A stretch of DNA of 64,000 bases from Marsupella aquatica. Its lineage: Eukaryota; Plantae; Marchantiophyta. The position numbers and the translations under genes were made by a program. The DNA is taken from NCBI GenBank assembly GCA_973895155.1, contig OZ316899.1, forward strand, positions 2,131,573-2,195,572. The letters are read 5' to 3'. Shown here in pieces: positions 1 to 10,910 of the stretch (within the stretch, counting starts at the first letter, position 1; each line of letters begins with the position of its first letter). Under the pieces are notes generated by a model that was given only the letters and a program-made list of their open reading frames with translations, was not told the DNA's origin and ran no database searches.

Positions 1-1150
1 AACAGTTTGTGGCGCAATGTACTGTGTGTGACAGAGTGAGAGCATCATTTAATGCTCCTACCCCGTAGTTGCATCCCTTGCCGATTATGGGCTTGGGATA
101 TTGTTGGAGTTTAGATTTTGCTGGACCCTTACCACTGACTAGACGTCACAACCGTTATGCCTTAGTGATGGTGGAGCAATTTTCTAAATGGATTGAGTTG
201 GTTGCATTGCCAGATAAAGGTAGTGAAGGAGTTGCCTATGCCTTTTTGGACCGTGTATTGAGCCATTTTGGTGCTCCTACTGAGGTTTTGACTGACCAGG
301 GGATTGAGTTTCGTGGAGATTTTCAGGCCTTGTGTGATCAAGCATTGATTGATCACCGTACAACATCTAGGGATCATCCATAGACAGATGGATTGGCAGA
401 GAGAGTTGTCCAGACAATAAAGAGAGGATTGCGGAAATATGGCTTGCAGAAGGGTCACGTGAATGATTGGGATATCCAGCTCCCATGGTTAGCAATGGGA
501 TATCGATTAAGTAGGCAAGCATCTCTTGCATCCTTTTCACCATATTTGTTGCTCTATGGTAGGGAGCCAGTGTTGCCAACAGCCATTCAAAGGGAGGTTG
601 GTGAGGTGTTGCAGTTGGATGACCCTGACATGTGGATGCAAGCTTGTTCTTAACGAGCAGACTTGTTTTGGAGAGTGATGCCCATGGCATTTGAGAACTT
701 AGCTATTGCGCAACATCGGGATACTTTGAGGTATGCCACTATTCGGGGAGGAGGATATCGCCCTAGCATCAAGCAATTTCATTCTAGAGACTATGTGTAT
801 TTGCAACAAACAACACCTACTACTTTGGATGTCACTGCTGGACGTACTATACTACGAGTGCAAAAGGTTTGCCATCAGGCATTCTGGTTTTAGAAGGTCG
901 TGATGGTATGGTTTGGAAGGATCATGTGCGCAACTGTGCACCTTGTCACCTTCCAAACATTGATGATAGCATAGATCCTAGTCTAGCAGTGATACCTGCA
1001 GGCTTATAATGTATGTTGTGTGGATCCGCCCGTGGAGCTGCAACCATGTTGATTTGTGATGGTTGCTCAAGAGGTTGGCACTTAGCGTGTTTGACGCCAC
1101 CTCTTGATTCAGTCCCTGAAGGACGGTGGTTATGTCCCAATTGTAGATAG
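1..1150 (+). pseudogene. Ty3/gypsy integrase (zinc-binding CxxC tail, DDE core) ending in a PHD finger; decayed
   Basis: Translations QCTVCDRVR, WSLDFAGP, VLTDQGIEF, DGLAERVVQTIK and YLLLYGREP are integrase motifs. In-frame stops lie at ~66, 381, 651 and 1007, with frameshifts. Bases 1010-1150 read CMLC..LICDGCSRGWHLACLTPPLDSVPEGRWLCPNC, a C4HC3 PHD pattern. Confidence 0.9.
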
Positions 1151-2138
1151 AGAGTGGCTTTAGTTAGCACAAAACTCATTAGGCAGTATAGATTGCAGGC
1201 AGACGATTAACGATGGGGCTCCTTGTAGTTTGCTATGAAGAACCAAAAACAGATTTATAGGTCTTCAAACTCGGTATTCGTTCCCGTAAAGAACAAGATG
1301 GGGTTGATTTGATACATAAAAACACAAATGAGAGTTTAAGGACTCTCTTTAACACATAGTAATCAGGATTGATTACTTTAATAAGGTATTTTGAAGATCG
1401 CTCCACAGCGGTGAGTAGTTTTTGATGATAACTCAACATCATATAACCATCAATTAAGTAAAAGGTTGCAATTAACAAAACACAAGGAAAAATCTCTTAG
1501 AGTATGTTTAAGGGAGTTTGGAATATACCAAGGTTACTCCTTAGACATAAGCAATAATGGAATGACTTTAAGGGAATTCAAATCCACACAGCTTTTCAGA
1601 TCTAAACTGCATACTAGAGTATCCTTTTAAAATGCCGGCAACATGTCTTGACTTTTCTTCCTAAGTGATACTTAGTCAAGATCTAAAAGGATAAATACTT
1701 CAGCATTTAAATGGTACTAAGCAACATGAAGGTGAAAACATCATTTCCAATGCAACTTAAACTCAATGGGTTAACTCTAAGAACTTGTGAGATTACAATG
1801 TGACACCCAAGTGGAATCTGACATTATAATTCACGAGATTCATAACTGAGGTTTTACTTCAAGTATTTGGGTTCCAAAATACAAGAAGGAGGTAAGTCCC
1901 TCCTAGGATTGCCTGCTCTGAACTTCAAAAAGTCCAAAATCACAAGGACAACACCAAGGGGCGACAAGTCATGTCTGACTTACTTACTGCTGCTTATTAG
2001 AAGTGGAAGGTACTTATAGTGAAAAACATCGAGGAAAAACCCTTGGGGGTTGAAGAGTCATGACCCTTCAAAACCCTCAAAAAGTCAAAAATGAAAACTA
2101 AGTATGAAAAGGTCTAAAACTAACTAAGTTAAGTTTAC

Positions 2139-2206
2139 CGTAGTATCGTAAGATCGTAATTCGTAAAAGCGTAGGTTCGTAAGATCGTAATTCGTAAAAG
2201 CGTAGG
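2139..2206 (+). repeat. Array of nine (T)CGTA(A) motifs at 7-8 bp spacing
   Basis: ccgtagtatcgtaagatcgtaattcgtaaaagcgtaggttcgtaagatcgtaattcgtaaaagcgtagg, including an internal ~31-bp duplication. Confidence 0.9.
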
Positions 2207-2433
2207 CGCGGGAACTTAACGATAACCCTAAACTCAGCAAACTAAAGTATTTCTAACTTTCTAACTACAATCCAAAGTGATTGAGACTTTGCCAATGTGT
2301 TTTCCTATGTATAAGTTGTCTACTGAAAAAAAAGACTTGATGAGTTTTGGAATCTTAAAACATGTCTAATAAAATCGAGCGGGGTACAGTAACTGAAACT
2401 GCCTCTGACACTTAACAAAATTGCAGGTCTGCT

Positions 2434-4845
2434 TCAATCTTTTGGTTGTCGAATATCCTCTGGTTCTCTAATTTCTACTTTCCAAATAGTGCGCGTCCGA
2501 ATAGCTTCCCTTACTTCATCACAGTGAGGTTGATCCCGGATGTAAGGTAGACATCTCATCTGTCTTCCCCAATACATAAGTGGCATCCTTTTCTCCAAAA
2601 AGCACTGGTTGATTCTGATTGCTTCCCGTAAGATGCCTATGACATCTAAACAATTGCACGAGGTGGCGTAGACAGATGGGTAGAATTGTAAGAACATCTC
2701 TGTACTCAGCATCTTGTTGTAGGAGGATCGTAATTTCCACTGCACATCCCGGAAGTAGCGAGTGTAGTTTGTTAGCTGCTGCGTGCTGATGTTGTTCCAT
2801 ACTCGCTGCTTGTCTTCATAAGAAGTGGTTGAAGTAAGGATAACCTTGGGTCCAGTGGGAATATATGAGTGATCAGGGGTAGTAGACTTGTTGCTCTGTT
2901 TTAGAAAAATCAGTAAGAAATCTAAAGCATAAGCGGCTATATTTCCCAAATAGGCCAGGATTAAATCCGGGTCATCAACTTCAACATCACCTTGTAGAAA
3001 CATAACGGCCAGTATAGGTCGGAAGTAGACTGAATCTGTCCAGTACTCATCAAACTGAGCCAACTCCACGCGAGAGGTACCAATCATCCTGAGATCAAAA
3101 ATGTAGCTAGCCTCTGCTTTCTTCAAATAATAAAACCTCCAGAACTCACTTATAGGCGGTGTATTGGCATGCATAACCTTACAAGTGGTGACATACTTCT
3201 GGACTTGTTGCTCTGGTGTTCTAGGCTCCATTTTATAGATGATAGCGTTTCTAGGAGTCTGGGTAGAAGAAGTGACAACTGCAACAAGGTTGGGGTTAGA
3301 TCGCAAGGCTGCATTAACTCTTTCGAATCCCTGATCTGGTGAGTCACAGACTGGAATATCATAGGGAGAGAAGTATTCTGGTGTGGATGGAGGATCAGAA
3401 TCTTCAGAAAAGGGAAATCCTTGCTGAGAGAAGGGCTGTGTGGAGTGCAAAGATTTATGAGGTAGACTATCAGTAGGCTCATAATTTGAATCAGGACTAT
3501 AGGGAAACTGAGAGAATGGCAGTGGGGAGCGTGAAGGTTCAGGTCTATCAAGAAATTCATCGACTATGGAGGTGACTTCTTCTGAACGGCAGCCTAACAT
3601 AGTAGTTAACTCATGGACAATCTTAAGGCAGGAGTGATGTTCTACAGATGAGCAGGGAGGAGGCTCTGAATTTGTAGGTGAGGTCTCCTTCAAGTCCGTA
3701 GGGGATGGAACTGAGATTTGAGCCCTAGTCTTAACAGCAAAAAGTTCCTCTGTGGAGAACTGAATTTCTGCTGGAGGTGAAGATGATGGCGAATTCTCAT
3801 GATCCGGAGATGAAAGTGCAGAAGGAGGAACCTGTGTCACTGCATCATGGCGCAATTGCTCAATGGTCTCGTACAGTGAATGAAAGTCACAGTTGAGCAA
3901 AGCACACACCTTACTGATCAGGGTCTGATTGGAGTCGTCCTGTGCAAGTCGAATAGGAAACTTCCCAATTCCTGTGGAAAGGGGTGGTGAGGGGATCCTT
4001 GGGTAGTCTATCATCTCAGCATCTGTAGTAAGTGCTTCTAGGTCCATGGGTACCTCATCTGAAGGACTTGAATTGTGAAGACTTGCCCGGCTGCCTGGAG
4101 AAGCTGGCGATATGACGTTTGCCTCTTCTGCTGTAGTAGGCATAATTTCATCTTGTTCCCACAACTTGGAGATTTCTTCCATAAGATAATCTCTCTCCAT
4201 CACCTCCTCAGGAAGTGAGCAATCAAAAGCGGAGTATAGCTGGGCTAGATAGTTTTGCAGTTGAGTTGATTGACTCGCCCTTAATGTCCGAAGTTGATCC
4301 CTCACAACATTGAAAAATACCAAAGCCCAATTGACCTTTACTCTACCACTGTGCGCAGCGATGATGGTATTGGCCAGAGAAATGGAGCAAACAGTTGGTT
4401 TCTTGGGATGAAAAATAGGAACCAAAAATTCCAAAAGAATTCTTAGCTCCAAATGATTGCATTGACTCACAATCCAGCCATTTCTCTTATTCCGGGTACC
4501 TGAAAAGTATGGAGTGGATGTATCATCCTTGGGCGAAAGTAGCGCTTCTCCGTCAGCAGAACATCCAAAAGCATACGCGAAGTGATCTATGGTCCATTTG
4601 CTGGGCCGTCCTCGAATAGAAGTAGGCGAAGGTGAGGCGACAATTGATCCTCTGACAAAATCTTCCAGGTAGGTGTCCAACTCTGAAGTCCATGGTAGTC
4701 GTAATAATTTCTCCAGTCCAAGCTCTCTCAAGGATTGGCGTAATGATTCATAGCTCTCTTCGGTCCTGGGGAGCCTGATGACAAGCGCTTTTGGAATTGC
4801 CATAGAATCAATGAGGTATTCCTCATCACAATCAAATGTTGCCAT
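2434..4845 (-). CDS. Intact 803-aa retroelement accessory protein encoded within the LTR-like unit
   Basis: Uninterrupted frame from ATG 4845. The N-terminal core (LGLEKLLRLPW, RGRPSKWT, NGWIVSQC, LEFLVPIFHPKKP, KVNWA, YLAQLY) aligns by eye with the 60842-62581 ORF. It is followed by a Ser/Pro-rich linker and a ~270-aa globular C-terminal region. Confidence 0.75.
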   Translation of the reverse strand: MATFDCDEEYLIDSMAIPKALVIRLPRTEESYESLRQSLRELGLEKLLRLPWTSELDTYLEDFVRGSIVASPSPTSIRGRPSKWTIDHFAYAFGCSADGEALLSPKDDTSTPYFSGTRNKRNGWIVSQCNHLELRILLEFLVPIFHPKKPTVCSISLANTIIAAHSGRVKVNWALVFFNVVRDQLRTLRASQSTQLQNYLAQLYSAFDCSLPEEVMERDYLMEEISKLWEQDEIMPTTAEEANVISPASPGSRASLHNSSPSDEVPMDLEALTTDAEMIDYPRIPSPPLSTGIGKFPIRLAQDDSNQTLISKVCALLNCDFHSLYETIEQLRHDAVTQVPPSALSSPDHENSPSSSPPAEIQFSTEELFAVKTRAQISVPSPTDLKETSPTNSEPPPCSSVEHHSCLKIVHELTTMLGCRSEEVTSIVDEFLDRPEPSRSPLPFSQFPYSPDSNYEPTDSLPHKSLHSTQPFSQQGFPFSEDSDPPSTPEYFSPYDIPVCDSPDQGFERVNAALRSNPNLVAVVTSSTQTPRNAIIYKMEPRTPEQQVQKYVTTCKVMHANTPPISEFWRFYYLKKAEASYIFDLRMIGTSRVELAQFDEYWTDSVYFRPILAVMFLQGDVEVDDPDLILAYLGNIAAYALDFLLIFLKQSNKSTTPDHSYIPTGPKVILTSTTSYEDKQRVWNNISTQQLTNYTRYFRDVQWKLRSSYNKMLSTEMFLQFYPSVYATSCNCLDVIGILREAIRINQCFLEKRMPLMYWGRQMRCLPYIRDQPHCDEVREAIRTRTIWKVEIREPEDIRQPKD

Positions 4846-5024
4846 AGCTCTCGGGTTCACAAATCTTGAGGTGGATGCTGATCAAATGAAGCGGAGCGAT
4901 GCTTGTAAGCGTCGGAAATAGTCATGCAGAGAGTGATTCGCTTTGGTCGTAAGATTTCACGCGATGCGGCTCATAGTGTACTTTCCGCCTGTTAGTCTTG
5001 CAACGGCATAATCTTCTAGTACCG

Positions 5025-5092
5025 CGTAAGTTCGTAAATCGTAAGGTAATAAGATCGTAAGATCGTAAGATCGTATCTTACTAAAAGGCGTA
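5025..5092 (+). repeat. Second (T)CGTAA motif array
   Basis: cgtaagttcgtaaatcgtaaggtaataagatcgtaagatcgtaagatcgtatc...gcgtaaa; seven CGTA cores. Confidence 0.9.
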
Positions 5093-5241
5093 AAAAATGT
5101 AAGTTTAAGTGAACTTAAACTTTAGCGACCAGAAAATTTAAAAATTTGCACTTAATCTTAGCTTTTCAAGTTTACTGTATATCCACACGTGCCTGACTCT
5201 ATGCTCTCAGTCTAAGTTTGTCTAATTTTTCCTTTGATCAG

Positions 5242-5844
5242 ATGCCAAAGGTGGGAATCATGCAAGCTCTTGAAGAGGGCAATGAAACAATCTCAGAACA
5301 CCCAACCCCTTCAAGACCTCTAAGTACGGATGTTCTGAAGTCAGCGTCTTCACCAACTGTGTTGAAGGTGACAATCTTCATAGATTTCTCCTTTTCTAAA
5401 TTAATTACTATCATTTTGCATCTGTTCATTATCCTGCATTATGCATGATTCACTTAGCAGTGATTACATCCCTTGAAATGGCGCACATCAGTATTGTTGC
5501 AAGCCAAGGGTTCATTGGCACCGCAGATTAAAAATATGGTCTCTAATTAAATTAGCCGTAATATATTGATTTACTGCTGGCAGTTCAAGATTGGGGACGT
5601 GGTGAAATTGAAGTCCCCAGTGGACTCTCGGGTTGTTGCTCTTGCAACAGTGCAGGGAGTCTGGGGGCAAGATTTTTACAATGGCAATGAAATTCCACTA
5701 GGACATTTGATCGTGATTGCAAATGAGGTGTTTGAACAGGATGCACCTCTACTTGAGAAAGAGCATCCAAACTCTCAGGTCAAATTTCTGAAGGATGTGG
5801 GCGACAGACATTTCTTGTGGTACCAGAAGTTGATGAGGAAGTAG
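5242..5844 (+). pseudogene. CACTA/En-Spm-type accessory (Tnp1-like) gene remnant, two apparent exons
   Basis: AG|ATG at 5242, GT donor at 5368 and AG acceptor at 5583. The last exon FKIGDVVKLKS..VVALATVQG..GNEIPLGHLIV..VFEQDAPL..FLKDVG..FLWYQKLM resembles the C-terminal Tnp1/En-Spm-like domain (recognised by eye). Confidence 0.45.
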
Positions 5845-6503
5845 CAAGGAGTTGTTTTTTGATAGAATGTAGTGACTTGAGCTCTTTGGTTCAAGCTCGA
5901 GTAGTTTTGATGCACAAGCTGAGTTGGCCAATAGACTTGTTTTGTGATTAGTTCATCCAGGAAATACTTTACTGTGATTCTGAACAGTCGATCATGTACA
6001 TTGGAGGTGAAATGAAGTCTACAGTCTCTATGCAGAATTTTATATTCATTCAATGGCTTTTTGTGTATATTTGCAATGTATATATCCTCTTGCAGTTGAT
6101 TTCTAAGACATGTCTTTCTAGCTAGACAATTTGTCAGGATGATTGGAAATAGGACCAATTGGGAGAATTGGTCCAATTATGAAATGACACAAAGGACTAA
6201 CTAAATAACTTCCATGAAGTCATAAATGACTGAGCGGAAAAGACTCAAATATTGGTAATATAAGACATCAACAAAATCACTCCGATAGTAGTCATTATAA
6301 ACATGTCCTAAATAACTACAATTATCTCCACGTGTACCCTACTAGGAATTAAGCTATCAAAGTGTCACCTGTTGGCTGCTGGGATGATATAAAGGAGACA
6401 CGTGTCCACTTGTAATTTGGTTTGTGTGGCTCAGACCTTCCACGTGTCTAAATGCTATTTGATGGCTTTAGACACATGTTGTTTCCTTATTTGATGAGTC
6501 ATA

Positions 6504-6600
6504 ACACAATTCAACTCTGATTTTGAGTTATTTAAGACCATCAGTTCTTTTTAACGAAACACAATTCAACTAAGATTTTGAGTTATTTAAGACCGTCAGT
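6504..6600 (+). repeat. 42-bp direct repeat, two copies (6504-6545, 6559-6600)
   Basis: acacaattcaactctgattttgagttatttaagaccatcagt vs acacaattcaactaagattttgagttatttaagaccgtcagt. Confidence 0.9.
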
Positions 6601-6791
6601 CTCCCAATGGACGGTGTCATAAACAACCTGCAATTTGCAGTTGTTGATAAAAACAACTCTATGTCCAAAAGGACTACTATACCAAAGCGACTTGCCTTTG
6701 TGAACTCAAATGAATGAGTTGTAAATTGTCCCAAACCACTCATAAGCTAGTCATTTTTTCAGTAATAAAAACATCATTTCCTTCTAGTGGG

Positions 6792-7208
6792 AGGTCTACA
6801 ACTGGGTTTGTTTTTACTCTTGGAGGAGGATGTATTAGTTGGAAATCTACCTTGCAGAAGTGTATATCTCAGTCTACTACAGAAGCAGAGTATGTTGCAG
6901 CAGCTGAAGCAGCAAAGGAAGCAATTTGGTTGGATAAGTTGATTGCGGAGATGGGTTTAGAGCATGACAAAATGACTCTAAACTATGATAGTCAGAGTGC
7001 TCTTCACTTGGCTGCTAACCAGGTGATGGATAGCAGGGTGAAGCACATTGATATCAGGTACCATTTTATCAAGCAAGCAGTGTCTGATAAAACTTTTGAG
7101 CTAGTCAAGATTGATGGAAAGCTCAATCCCGCTGATGCCTTTACCAAAGTGATTCCTTTGGAGAGTTTCTCAAGACACCGTGCTACTTTGCAAGTTTTGC
7201 AGTTGTAG
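6792..7208 (+). pseudogene. Ty1/copia RNase H (5'-truncated element)
   Basis: RSTTGFVFTLGGGCISWKS..STTEAEYVAA..DSQSALHLA..KHIDIRYHF..NPADAFTK, the canonical copia RNase H. Confidence 0.95.
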
Positions 7209-7415
7209 TGCAAGTAGAGTTATTTAGCAATGTGTAATTATTTGTATATGGATTACTCATTCCTATTTGGCTACGACTTAGTTCTAGTTAACCCTTAGTT
7301 AACCCTTGTGGTTTTTAGGGGGAGACCTGGTTTGGTGATTGTCTAGAATTTCCCGTTGAGGATTCCATATGGTAGCAATTAGTCCAGTCCCCAAGACAAG
7401 AGTCAAGGGGGAGTT

Positions 7416-7740
7416 TGTTAGATATTGCTCTAGTCTTGTGACTCATGAGCTAACCACAGTTAGTCTAACTCGAGTTAGGACTTAGCTAATGTTAGCGGTA
7501 GTGCTGGTGTGCATATAGCCAGGGCTGATGCCAGACCCTAGTGAAACTTAGGCTCATTGTTATGGAGCTAGTTGAGAGATAGGGAGAGCTTGTGCTGTGG
7601 ATGCTTGGTATGGCCGGTCGGCCTAGAGTGCAGTAAAGCTCTTGTGTGTTCCCGTGGACGTAGCCTCATGTGGAGGTGAACCACGTATCTCTCTGTGTCA
7701 ACTATTGTGCGTTGGATGGTTCATGGGTGTCACGTTGTCA
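7416..7740 (+). mobile_element. 3' LTR of the truncated copia element, preceded by a PPT
   Basis: PPT CAAGGGGGAG at ~7404-7413, then TGTTAG at 7416. Right end is approximate (CA at 7739-7740). The internal segment ttaggctcattgtta..agttgagagatag.gagagcttgtgct recurs at ~35580-35630. Confidence 0.7.
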
Positions 7741-7984
7741 GCCTTGGCCTTACTCCGGGCTTCGGCTTAAATAGGCACATCCTTTGTCAAAATGAGGGTT
7801 CGGGCAGGGAGGGAGGCACGGAATGCACCCAACTTACATAAAATAGCGCTAAGTGCACCTATCGTCATATACAGACACCTCCTAGGTATGATTTGTGTTC
7901 CACCGCCGTAACGTACCTCAATCGATAGCAGGATCGACCCTGGCTTAAGGGCTTCTAAGCCTTCCTGGGGTTGACTTACCTCTG

Positions 7985-8560
7985 CAGCTCTACCTCCCGG
8001 GGTTGACTCCCTCTCGCACTCGCACCTCGCCTCCCTCCACCCAAGTGCCACCCGAGTCTCCCCCTCCCTCCTTGACAGTCCCGCTGCCCCGCGCTTGTGC
8101 CTCGCCTCCCTCTCCACTCGACTTCCGCCCAAGTCTCTCCCTCCCTCCCGACTTGCTTGCTCCCCCTCCCTCTCAACAATTTTTCTCCCCCTCCCAACTT
8201 GCTAGATCGCCCCCACCCTGACTCACTCTCTCCCACTACCGTGACTCGCACGTGCTTTTGTGAGCCCTCCCATGACTCGCTTTGCAGGACTCCCGACTTG
8301 CACGGGGCGAGCGAGTCAAGGCGAGGGTAGGCGAGGGAGGGAGGCAAGGCAAGGGAGTCCTCCTGCGAGGTGAGGGAGTCCTCTGTGGGAGTCGAGGCTA
8401 GGAGGGAATCGTGCAAGGCGAGGCAAGGGGGAGCGAGTCCTGTGCTCCTGGGTCGATGTTGGGAGGGAGGCAAGGCAATGGTCAACGTTGGGAGGGAGTC
8501 AGGTCTTGGCGAGGGTTGACTCGCCCGGGAGTATGGTCGACGCTGGGGTTTTGGGGGGCG
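7985..8560. repeat. Imperfect foldback: pyrimidine-rich arm followed by purine-rich arm
   Basis: CCTCGCCTCCCTC (~8026, ~8100) vs GGGAGGGAGGCAAGG (~8336, ~8461); CCTGACTC (~8217) vs GAGTCAGG (~8495). Confidence 0.55.
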
Positions 8561-9697
8561 CGGGAGGCATCAGGTTCTGTCGTCGACAAAACCCTCAACA
8601 GAACGCCTGGACCAAGCCGCTGTAAGTGGCTATGATCTGTACGATTTTGTCGTCCTCGCATCAGGTGATAAAAAGATGAAGAGGGAGTCAGGTCTTGTCA
8701 TCGACAGAAAGGCCATGATTTCCCAAACTGTGCTCCAGGACGGGCCGATGATACGATCTAACGATGCTGGAAATACACATTTTAATCCAACAAACACAAT
8801 GTCATTCCACTTCTTTCTGATTTCATAAGCAGACTATTCTCAGAGAAAAGCGGGATTGTATATTATAGTATGTAGATTTCACTCCAGATGTAGAGAATGG
8901 ACCCCGGTATTTCATTGGAGGACTTTATTACAAGGACAATCCCTGTAGGTAGACAGGACTTGGACTCCATTTGTTATAATCATTAGCTCTGCCCCCAATC
9001 ATGCCTTCATACATTCAACCTGTACCTCCTTGGTACTGTATACGTCCTGCCTAAAGCTGCCCTGAGCTGCCAGAAAAATTTCAAAATTCCAAGTAAAACT
9101 AGCAGCCAATGAGATTGCAGCGTTAGTTTTTTGCTTTTTTTCTAACAAAATAGTAATCATTTTTTAATGCGGTTTTTTGCCAGCCATAGATCTTGACAAG
9201 GTCTACGTTTTGAGCTGTAGATTGCATAGAACTGCGGAGTGTAGGCGCAGCTGCAAGTAGTTGAATCGGACAGCCCAGGGAAGCGCTGCTGAAATACTCC
9301 ACAATATGCTCACCCGATACTGTCAGGTATGAGCACTCCGCATAACGTGGAATGCTTTGTACCACGAGTTGTGGTTTAAAATGTGGTTCACCGCGAGCTC
9401 ACAAGCCATAAATGAGTGCAACTGTTCTTAGCCTGAATCAACTTGTTATCCAGCATACTAATCAATCCCCTAATTGATTATTTTTTAGGCCCAGGTGAAT
9501 GGCATATGGCATACACTGCCTTTCTTCCTGGTTTATCAGGGAAGAAATTTAGTTTTATCTTTGCTCCTCTTAAATCCTTTCATTCACTCTTTCAAGAGTT
9601 GTGCGTTTCGGGTTGTGCACCAACGCAGTAGCAAACACTAGGAACGAGTACCTAAAAATGTCAGCACAGTTCATTCCCTGCTTGGATTGTTTTTGTA

Positions 9698-9806
9698 CAC
9701 ATTAACCATCGCGTGAAAAAGCCATAAAGCTGTTCAATCCACAAGATTTTCAAATTGTTTCTTTTCACATTAACCATCGCGTGAAAAAGCCATAAACCTG
9801 TTCAAT
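9698..9806 (+). repeat. 41-bp direct repeat, two copies (9698-9738, 9766-9806)
   Basis: cacattaaccatcgcgtgaaaaagccataaa(g/c)ctgttcaat occurs twice. Confidence 0.9.
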
Positions 9807-10910
9807 TTCTGTAACTCGCTATCCTTAGAACTGAATTCAATCCACAAGATTTTCGACTTGAAAATCTACAGAACCCAAATGGTGCCACAGAAGTGAAATC
9901 ATCAAACAATCGACTTTATGGTACTGTACAATTATTGCTAGAAATCCGCCCAAATGTAAGTTCCTCCAGTACCACTTCCCTACCCGTCCATATGGCCATT
10001 CAGACCTCTACCCAGAATGATGTGCAATGGATGAGCACACTCGCAATCGTTTGACGACTGTCCAAATTCAGGAGAAAGGCAAGCCAAAACGAACTAGAAA
10101 TCAACGTTATATAACGGAAGGATCTTGGAATCCTCGAAATGATACACTTTTGAGGCGTGTACAAGAAAGCCTGCACCTCTTGATACTTAAAGGCAAGCCC
10201 TAAGAACTTTTCAAATCTAACCTTGGAAGACTGCACAATACAAAATTGTTCCACCTCGTCATCAAAGATCCTTCAACATACTTCCACCGAAGCACACCAC
10301 CTTCATGCGTGAATGCAAGACTGTCTGTCCCGGATGTGCCAGACACTAATATAGTTTTTGAAAGCTATCAACATTGTCGATATATCAACTATAGAAGCAC
10401 TTGTAAAATGGGTCTCGATAGACTTAGGGAATAAAATGCAGGTCACTGCTGGCGATACTATAAGCACACTGAGGTGCAGAGCAGGGGGAAATGGGCAAGA
10501 TAACTATGAAGCAATGCTAGACAAAATGCGGCATTTCATACCTTCTTAGTACTGACCAAATGGGCCAACGCTTGGGTTCAAATCTGTCATGCAAACTCAG
10601 AGGTTACTACCCTATATATATATATATTTTTTTTTTATTTTTTTATTTTTTTTGTTTTGTTTAAATAGACTGAGATGACTACCTCTGTTCTCCCATAACA
10701 GGGTGATTCTTTAGGCTAATGAGAAAATTGTTTGCAAGCCTACCTCCAGCTTTGTGCTGACAATTTACTATTTACAACACCGACACTCTAGGAAACAGTG
10801 TATAATTTGAACAATGGACTTGAGGCTCCTTCCAGGATGACAGTCTCCTCATCTTTGTGTACCTCGACATGGTCGTTTGCCAGACCCTTCAAATCTTTAG
10901 GGAGCTCACC

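Larger units (their letters stand above)
1224..5187. mobile_element. ~4.0-kb LTR-like unit (TGT...ACA) containing a long minus-strand ORF
   Basis: Starts TGTAG at 1224 and ends CCACA at 5187. The TTCGTTCCC motif ~60 bp from the left end is shared with the TSD-flanked solo LTR at 59849 and the fragment at 35865. No TSD (CTCCT vs CGTGC), so it is either the 3' LTR of the PHD-integrase element or an independent insertion. Confidence 0.6.

Noticed and set aside
1211-1223. GATGGGGCTCCT as a definite PPT making 1224-5187 the 3' LTR of the PHD element
   Set aside because: Purine tract is weak, ORF orientation would be opposite to that in the related LTR family, and the ORF is far better preserved than the integrase; left as unresolved.
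6328-6450. Three CACGTG (G-box/ABRE) motifs
   Set aside because: Short common motif in TE-derived DNA with no associated host gene.
7767-8635. Overlapping ORFs in the foldback region
   Set aside because: Produced by stop-poor purine/pyrimidine low-complexity sequence.
8800-10560. Short ORFs between the foldback and the NLR (e.g. 9123-9365, 10000-10254)
   Set aside because: No recognisable motifs or consistent splice model; could be UTR or decayed exons but not supportable.
10611-10662. (TA)n plus poly-T tract as a retro-insertion tail
   Set aside because: No TSD or LINE/SINE body recognisable; treated as a simple microsatellite.
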